Source: Vermamoeba vermiformis
Lineage: Eukaryota
Direction: 5' to 3'
Length of the DNA stretch: 64,000 bases
NCBI GenBank assembly: GCA_045837725.1
Contig: JBEWZL010000102.1
Span: 124,001-188,000 of the forward strand
Part shown: positions 53,419 to 61,990 of the stretch, one piece after another
Numbering within the stretch: the stretch's first letter is position 1
Layout of the letters: every line of letters begins with the position of its first letter
Made by a program: the position numbers and the translations under genes
Notes under the pieces: generated by a model
Database searches by the model: none
Told to the model about the DNA's origin: nothing
Seen by the model: the letters and a program-made list of their open reading frames with translations, nothing else

Positions 53419-53809
53419 TTTGATGGTAATTATGACAAGCCGAAAATCGAATTGATTACAACTGCTGAGTTTATAGTGCCCATCAATGGGGTTCGTGGAT
53501 ATTAATACTCTACGTAAGGCATGCCTTTGTGGTATTGTGTCACTATGATTAAGCGACGCGTGGTATGTGGTCAAACAAATGCAAACCACTTTTAACTCTG
53601 TGAATTTTGATTTCCACAAAAACCGGCCCTGACATCATCGCTGGCACTATTGTTACGAAGTGCGAGTGGACTAGATAGTCACTCGAGATATTTCTTTGAA
53701 CTTCGTGGCGCTTTTCGGCACATTTTTTCATTCGCGACGAGTATGTATCGGTGTCCAACAAAAAAGCCAAAAAATTGAGAGGGCCGAACAATCAGGCAAA
53801 TTCCATGCG

Positions 53810-55597
53810 ATGACCACAAAGCAAGCAGCTGCTAGAGTAGATCTAGCATACAAGAAGATCACTGACTTCTCACCTGAGCAGATCGAGCTCATTAAAGGCT
53901 GTCGCGAGGTGGATCTGACTGGCAATTCCATTAGGTACGTGGGAGAAATCTTTTTAAATCATGTGCAATGTACTGACGTAAAATTTAGCGATTTATCTTT
54001 GCTGCGAGACTGCACACAGATCGAAATCTTGGTCCTGGACGAAAATACAATTACATCCAATTCTCGAATACCGAAATTGCCAAAATTAGATACACTATGG
54101 GTCAATAAGAATAAAATAGCAAATTTGTCAGTATTTATTGACAAGGTAAGTGCAGATCTGGATTGCAAAACAGTAATTAATTAATTTCCCGCATTCCTAT
54201 CAATTTAATATTGTCATAATATTAAATTATAATTTTCTTATTTGCGCGCAGTATTGTATTAAGATTTTTCGTTAGATTTTTCGCTGTTAAATTTGTGATT
54301 GGATCCAGCAGTGCGCTGCTGGTCCGTTGTATAGTTATACGAAGCTCTTTCTTCGGTACAATATTAATATATCTTTTAGCTTGTAGAACGAGCCCCGCAA
54401 TTGAAATACTTGTCAATGCTGAATAATGATGCCTGTCCTAATTATTTCAACGGCGGCACTCCAAAACAATACAACGACTACAGGTAATCTTTATAGCTAT
54501 TATTCTATTCATATCAAATTCAACAGGAGACATTTAAAGGTGTCAGGATCCAATATTAATAATCAATTCGACTGTAGATTGTACGTGATCAATCGACTGC
54601 GCAATTTGAAGAATTTAGACAACGTAGATGTCACCGAACAAGAGCGACAAGAGGCCTATAAATTATACGGACAACTGGCCCTCAGTAAGACCGGCGACGA
54701 GTCAAAACGAAAAGGTAACTATATTATGTATAAGTTATATTGCCTATGATACAGCATATGTAGCGCTTATGTATTGATATATTTTCAGCCAATTTGCTCA
54801 TCGTCGATTACTTTGCGAGTGAGTTGAAATTTTATTACAATCATATTATTAAATAAGGTGTAGTAAATTAATACCTTATTGTATTAGAAAAAGAAGAAGA
54901 AGAAAAGCAACGTAAATTAGAAATGTCAAAAAAGAGAAAAGAACGCGAGGAGCGCAAGAAAAGGTCGTTGCAGAAAAAAGAAGAGGCACATCGCAAGGTA
55001 CGCGGAGAATAGACAAGGCTAAATATAGTGCTAATGTGACGTACAGAAATTAGAAGAAAAGAAGAAAGCGAGCCTATTACGATCACGTGGCACACTTGAC
55101 ACGAAGTCAGTGACACCTGTCACCATTGAGACCTCACAACCGGCCACTACCAACACTGCACCTGTGCTGGACTTGCCTGATTTGGAGTTCTTGGCAGTCA
55201 CTGGCAAGTCAGAGTCGAAGGCTGAACTGCTCGTGCCTCCATTCCCGTCACGGACCTCGTCATCGACCTCGATCTCATCGAGTGAAGTGTTCGTCGATGT
55301 GCCGCTCAACCAATCAATTCAAGCGCCTAACAACGACGGCTCATTCAGTTCACTGTTCTCGCGGCTGAAAGACGAGACGAGTGATTCAGACGACGATGAC
55401 TTGTTGTTCAGCAGTGAGAGCGATAGTGCGTGGAGCACGAGCGATGACTTTGAGCGCAGCAGTGAAATTCCACGTGATTTACCTGCTGTTGATAACACAC
55501 CTCCTCCTGTACATGATGAAGACGATTGGTAAGTCCTCGCTATCATTATGAACAAGCTCTAACGTGACATTTTGACAGGTCAAGTGATGACGACTAG
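53810..55597 (+). CDS. LRMDA: Leucine-rich repeat protein, LRMDA/C10orf11-like, with coiled coil and acidic tail
   Basis: [63 protein letters not shown] (LRRcap); tail SDDDDLLF...DEDDWSSDDD*. Confidence 0.75.
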
Positions 55598-55647
55598 TCT
55601 CAGGCCCATTATTTATTGCTGTAAATAAACTCTTGTGTCATATTGCA

Positions 55648-57099
55648 CTAATCATCGTACGATTGGTTCTTCTGTCGGCGTGCTTTGTTCCGTTGCTGTT
55701 GATTGTGCAATTTTTTCTGTCTGCGGTCCTGTGTGCCACCCATTTGTTCAAAGCCTTTTTTCTGTCGCTTGGTCCAGTTAGCAAATTTAGGTTTATCATT
55801 GTCTTCGTCGCTCTCTTCACTCTCCTCGCTGTCTTTTTCTTCAGTTGACTCGTCATTCTCGTCACTCTCCTCTGCTTCTTTGTTGGCTAGTTTGGCTTGT
55901 TGTTTCTGCCACACCGCATCGAGTGGTGTCACTTCAGCGATTTCAATGTTCAGTGCGAATGAGGGCTCTAACTGCACCGACAAATATGTTTTGTAGAATC
56001 CGTCTGGATCCTCCTCTGTAATAAGGTTAAGCACGATATCATATCTCCATGACACTTACCTTCTTTTCCAGTCTTCACATTGATAATTATCTTGTCAATC
56101 GATTGCTCGCCAAAATCAACATCAGCGTATTTGGTGCAGAAGTTTGCAAGCTTCTTTGGGGTCAGAGGTGACTTGCCTTTGACTTCCTTGGCCGATTTTT
56201 CGATTTTGTTCTTGTACAGCGTTACGTGCGGGTGAAATCTGCTGCTGGCACCTTCAATCAGGAAACTTGAATTGGATTTTTTTGACGTGCTTGAACAATT
56301 CATCTGTAGAGCTTAGTCAAAGAAAATAATATAATAAAATGAGGTTAATAAGTGATTAAAGTGTCGATAGGATACGCGCCAAGTGTTCTAACATGACTTT
56401 GTGCTTGTCGTCTTTAAGACCAATCCACACAATGCACTTGCCACTGCCGTAGAAGTGTCCGACATTTTGAAATCTGAGCACGGGCTTTTCAGTGACTTTG
56501 AGCTCTGTTTTGACCTTTTCGAGGTCCTCTCCTTGTTCGCCGCTCTCACTTTCATCTTCTTCACTCTCCTCATCATCATCGTCACTCTCGTTATCCTCGT
56601 CATCACTATTTGCATCCTCTTCGTCGCCATTATTTCGGTTGGCGTTAATAATAATATTATCAGAAGAAGAATTAATGTCGTTAGTGTTGGGTTGTTAGTG
56701 TCTTGTTGTGTCTCGCTGACTTGTTTTAATTGTAACTCGATCGTTTGATCATCAAAGTATTTTCGGAATATAGATTCGGCTTGTTGTAATATGCCTATTA
56801 GTTCTTTGTACTCGCTGGTGTTTTGTATCCTCAAGACCAATAATGTAACGTGAAATTTTGAAGCTGGGGTCAACTTATTTTTATTAATTTTCATTGCCTT
56901 GCTATTAAATGAATGGTTATTTAGGAAAGGTTACGGCGCGTAGCTGCGATTTTTAAAAATAAATGGGATTTTTTTCTTACTTGAGCTCATTTTGAATTTG
57001 TTCAAATTTGGACACAGTCTCCGTATCGTGGATTTTAACGCATAATATGAAGTTGCTTCGCTTAGGTCCTTTGTGACCTTTCTTTATTTTTTCTGCCAT
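55648..57099 (-). CDS. 2H phosphoesterase, AKAP7/LigT-like; apparent frameshifts at 56689-56691 and 56277-56283
   Basis: SNFILCVKI..; first HxT FHVTLLVL; VGHF; second HxT FHPHVTLYK; DFGEQSIDKI; DGFY; acidic insert and basic tail. Confidence 0.82.
56304..56375 (-). other. Probable U12-type intron in the 2H phosphoesterase gene
   Basis: 5'ss GTATCCTA; branch-like TTTCTTTGAC ~13 nt before CAG; gives LEHLA|HELFKHVKK, but needs A7->A6 just downstream to stay in frame. Confidence 0.65.
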
Positions 57100-57178
57100 A
57101 GTTGTGTGGTGCTCACTTTCGGTTTTTGATAAAAAAGGTAAAATATGTTCGCAACGATTTCGCAGTTCGGCTTTATTT

Positions 57179-58744
57179 TTAGAACGTGTCATAGAATTTA
57201 ACATTTCCTACCAAGTGCCGCACAGAATCAACGGTTTTGTTACTATGTGAATGACTTTTTAGCACACTCAACACGGCTTCAATCGGATCTGTTCCGCTCA
57301 ATATTTCACCAATCACTGCGCGTTCTTTGGCATCTAATTGCGACATGATGTCGAAGGCCTTGGACTTGCTCTCATCGAGTGCTGGTTTGTTGTCTTCAGT
57401 CCACTTCTTCAGTCGCTGTGCCGTGGTCTCAATGTTCTGATACAAGAGCGTCATGAACTTGTCCATGCGTGCTTTGAGACCGGTTTTGATTTCTGCTGCT
57501 TTAACATCGTCCATCTTCTGATCGAGCGCCAACTTCCACACGTGCCTAGTGCATGGTTAACACGACGTTGTGATGATTGCTCAACTTACCATTCTTGACA
57601 GAACAGATCAGCATTGCCCTTGCCATGGTCGGTGTACCAATTAGACTTGATTTTGTACATTCTGATGTGGAGTATTGTCAGTACAAGTGGCTTATTGACA
57701 CGTGTCACTAAGTGTCACTCACCGTCCATCGTCAAATCGAAGTACATAGCCTTCAATGTCTTGTTCCTTGCCAATGTTGTGAATCAGCTCTTGAATGGAC
57801 TTGGCGTCACCTCGGCGTGCGGACACTACGGGCACGCTTTTGAACTTGTTGCAGTACTGCACCATCTCCTCGTAGCGCATGTACTCGCCTGTCTTCATGT
57901 CTCTGCGCGAGTATTAACAACGATAACACTAAGATCATTATAGTACCTGATGGCAGTTACGATGAGCTGTGACTCGTGATATTTGACGACAAGTGTGCCC
58001 GTGTGATTGATCCACTCGAAGATTGGTGTTTGACCGTGTTCGAGGCACTCGTTGGCCAGTGAATAGTATTCGCGGTCTGGCACAGTCTTCAACCACTTTT
58101 CAACGGAATTTGATATCTTGTTGTCGCAGCCTGTTTTAGTGCCGAATCGAACGACCCCTTGCGACTTGAATGGAAACACAAAGGCACCTGTGATATGGAT
58201 TGTTAAGTTGATCGGATCCACAACGTTATCGGACTTACCGTCGAGTTTCTCCAATAATATATAAGGCGCATTAATATCGAGTGATGTAGCATCGGTCTCG
58301 TCGAGTTCATTCACGTTAAAGAATTTATGATAAGGTCTTGCGAGAATTTCGCCGGTTGACGCACTAGTTAATTCAAATATGAGCTCACATCCCACCTAGA
58401 GGGACATAATTACCTAAATGTGATGCCTCTGCATTCTCTGCGAATTTGAGCGTTTATGAAGCTCTGGTCGTCTTCGGCTTTATTTGGATCTGAAATTTGA
58501 AAATTTAGAAAATTAACTATAAATACGTGGCAGATAAATTTGGAAATATTAGATCGGTATATAATTATTTTTACTATAGCTCACCTGGAAAAGTTCCAAC
58601 GTGTCCAAAATGATAATTAAAATTAATGTAGTCGTCTTTCTGCTTTTCTGTAAAAGTGGCGCAGTCTTTAACAGCCTCTCGTACTTGAGATATATCAGTG
58701 ATAACTGCAAAGAGTGGCCTTGCTGCAGATCCGTTGTGCTCCAT
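57179..58744 (-). CDS. T4 Rnl1-type ATP-dependent RNA ligase, intron-containing
   Basis: Spliced RECRGITFS..ILARPYHKFFNVNE; motif I EKLDG; FGTKTG; TPIFEW; LIVTAIRDMKTGEY; motif IV IEGYV; motif V YKIKSNWY; helical C-terminal domain; six GT-AG introns. Confidence 0.92.
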
Positions 58745-58958
58745 GGTTAAGTAATTATTCTTGCTCTACCTATGGTTCCAGGAATAATACCGTTTATGCG
58801 TTTTTTGACGGTTTCTTGTATAGCACGTGAATGATTATAGAACTGAATTAAAATCGATCTCTCGATTTTGACAGCGATTCCGATATTTTTCGCTTCGGAA
58901 CGAACTGCCCCAGATCTTCAAACTAATGGGGTTTATTTACAACTAATATTACATTAAT

Positions 58959-60668
58959 TCACTTTTTGAATCGCGGGTGGCTTGTCAACAACTCTGCAAT
59001 CTCGGTGTGACCTCGTTGCGTCGCAAATTTGAGTGCGTAATTGTTGTTGGCTGACGGATTGACACGTGGATCAGCGAGCAGTGCTTTGACAATCTCAACG
59101 TGCCCTGAGAGTGCGGCGACTTGAATGGCGTGATTGGAGAAATCTGCTGGATTGACGCGTGGATCCGCGAGCAACACTTTGACGACTTCAACATTGCCCG
59201 TCAGACACGCAGCACGCACGGCAGAATTCTGTGCGACGGCGGGATTGACAGCTTTGTTCTGCAGCAGCACTTTGACCACTTCTGTCAGGCCTTTCTCCGA
59301 GGCGTATCGAACGTAATAATTGTTGTCGTAAGTAGCATCGACCACACTGTGCGAGAGCAGATAAATGGCAGCTTTTTCAGCTTTGTTGTTCAGCGCCACT
59401 TTGACTGCATTGTGATACGTGGCTGTGTTCGCAGCATGTTTGAGCAACATCTCCAAGGCCACGACGTTGTTGTTCTTTGCAGCTGTTTCGACGGCAGTGT
59501 TGATGTCGCCGGGTGACACCTCGCTCTCTTTGAGGACCAGCTCGAGCAGTTTGTTGCCCACTTCGAGATCAGTCGTGTCGACACAGTTGGAACAGCGCTT
59601 GCTCCAGTAATTGACCTTCTTGAATTCAGGTACCTCGAGCAACATCCGAGTCATGTCGTAGTCCAGTGCTGATGTAGCGGCGTTGATAACTTCATCACTC
59701 GGTCGCACGGTTGGATGAATGAGTGTCAATACTTTGCGCACCACTTCAACATCTCTGTTGCTAGCCAAATTTACCAAAACACTGCTTTGTTCGTGCGGTG
59801 GAAGTGCTAACAAGTTGATTCTCGGATCATCGAGCAATCGTCTCGCTAGCGCAATGCGTTCTTTTTGTTTGGTGCAGTCGTAGAAAGCACGGCCAAGTTG
59901 GATGTTTGGAATCTGGAGCAGTGCCTCGAAGATCGCAGGATACTGCAGTGACAAGGCCAAATAATCGTAAGTGCGCATGTTGATGGGGTACTTCTGCAAG
60001 CTGTTGAGCAGATCATTGACAATGGCTTCTTTGCCTAATTCGACTGCACGCCTCAGAGCTTGATCTGATATGGCAGGGAATGCGTCGAGCATCAAATGCA
60101 CGATCTCTAAGCGATCTTCTTTGATTGCACAATCAATGGCCGGGCCAGAGAATGTCTTTTTCCACGCTGGTGGGTGTCTGGCGAGCTTATAATAGCCTGT
60201 GGAGCCTGGATCTACTCCGGGTACGCGCAACAACAGCTTTACGGCTTCCACGTGCCCCGCAGAGGCAGCGGCACGTAGAGCGTATTGACCACCACCATGA
60301 ATTTTGATGCGAGGGTTGGTTAAGATGATCTTCAACAGTCGAATGTGGCCAATCTGAGACGCATGTTTTAACGCTCTATTCACCTTCTTTCTGGTCATGC
60401 GAGGATCGGTATTCAACAATGAAAAGGCCTTCTCGCGCCATTGCTTGCAAACATACAAAAACTCGATCGGGCACTGGGGAATGATGTGATAAACCCACAA
60501 GTCTGAATATTGCGAAATCTATTTTTAATAATTAATGTTAATCAAATTGAAACTCCAAATTCAATATTAACAGGCTAAAGAAGCAAGGCAACGATAATTA
60601 AATTTCGGATAGTTTGTTAAAAAGACCACATAAGTTTCTTTGTAATTAGATGTCGTACGTACCTCCAT
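58959..60668 (-). CDS. F-box-like + ankyrin-repeat protein
   Basis: Exon 1 ME, then SDLWVYHII...LYVCKQWRE; repeats such as ALRAAASAGHVEAVKLLL and DPRVNPSANNNYALKFA. Confidence 0.88.
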
Positions 60669-60860
60669 TGTGGACTGTAGTTAACTAGTATACGAAATTA
60701 AACCATTAAAAAACAGTCGCGTCAACTGTACATGTATGTTTTTGTTCGTTGAAATTTGAGGAAATAATCGAAATAATTAGATTGCTTGAACTCGATAAAT
60801 CTTGAACCTTCTTGGAAGTAAGAATATCATGAGTAAAACAGTGTGGCACAATAAAGCGAT

Positions 60861-61937
60861 TTATTTTGCTTTCTTTTTGCCTTTGTCAGCACTCGGCGCC
60901 TTTGAGCGTTGCGATCTGTACATGTTGTACTCAAATTGCAAAATATCGTCGACGTGTGATGTATCTTTGAAGTAAAACCATGAGAACGGCGCTACAGTTT
61001 CCAATGACGCGAACAAAGGTGTCACAAGTGTCAGAAGGTAGTACCACAGCGAGCCAACGACAGATCCGACCAAACAACCGTTAATGATTTGCTTGACGGT
61101 GTGATAGCTCAAATAATATCTGTATTGATACAAATTAGACTTAATAAGACTGATATGTTGAACTGACCTTGAGACAGCAACGGTGAGCGCCAAGCCAACA
61201 ACCATCGCAGCGTACAACCACTTCCAGAACCAGCGATCGAATTTGATTCTAATAAATCATTACAATTAGAGCATGGAAGAACAAGATCCGGGCACGTACC
61301 TGTGGAAGAGCAACCAGCAAGAGAATGAAGCAAAGTAGAACATGAACTGTCATAATAGCATTAATAATGCATTTACGTGGCTAATAGTAAGTGCGTACTT
61401 GCGAGTGGTCGGAGGGATTGCCGTACGTAATGATTTTGTGATCTGCGTGTCGACACTTAGTACGCCATTTACAAACTACGTAATATTTTCTGCCAGATTG
61501 TGTCGTCAATTTGAGCACGGTGCTTACCAAAATCAACCATTGGGCGCGGTTCTTTGATTGTCTTTTTCAAAAAATGATTTATTACTTCATTGAAAAGATA
61601 ACCGATCCTTAAAAGTATTACATTAACTACAGCGCTAATTAAAAATAAAGATATTATTAAAACAATTTTCTGACAGCAAGAAGGCCAGATCTGCTGAAAA
61701 ACGCTTCGAAGTCTCCTTGCTACTTACCACAAAAACAATCCTGAAAAATCTCGTCTTATCAACACAACTGAAGCGTGACCGAAAAATACGAAGTAAGGGA
61801 AGAGTGATAGGACAGCGAGCACTTGTGAGATCCAGTCACCTTCGTCATACCTATTATTAATTTTGTTATTTCGCTGCTCATTGAATATTGTATAATTACA
61901 AAACGTATGTCCAGCGCAGTGGTGTTTTCGTGGTCAT
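60861..61937 (-). CDS. DOLPP1: Dolichyl-diphosphatase (PAP2 family)
   Basis: TYVLYDEGDW; NEVINHFLKKTIKEPRP; YGNPSDHSQFM; SRYYLSYHTVKQ; KDTSHVDDILQFEY. Confidence 0.92.
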
Positions 61938-61990
61938 GATGACTTGTGAATAAAAAGAGGGTTTGTACAGAAATTTCTTTACTTCTAATT

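Noticed and set aside
56977-57204. Open frame bridging the ligase end and the 2H gene, suggesting a Trl1-like fusion
   Set aside because: The ligase stop is followed directly by AATAAA, and the GT-AG pair available (GTAGGA...TAAAG) joins out of frame. Treated as two genes unless cDNA shows otherwise
9878-57722. Introner (intron-generating transposon) explanation for introns with near-identical 5' ends
   Set aside because: Similarity stops after the palindrome; the 3' halves differ and I see no shared terminal repeats or target duplications
58959-60500. Long single-exon ankyrin ORF next to the ligase as a giant-virus insertion
   Set aside because: It has a spliced first exon and host-like composition, with no viral hallmark genes, integrase or terminal repeats nearby
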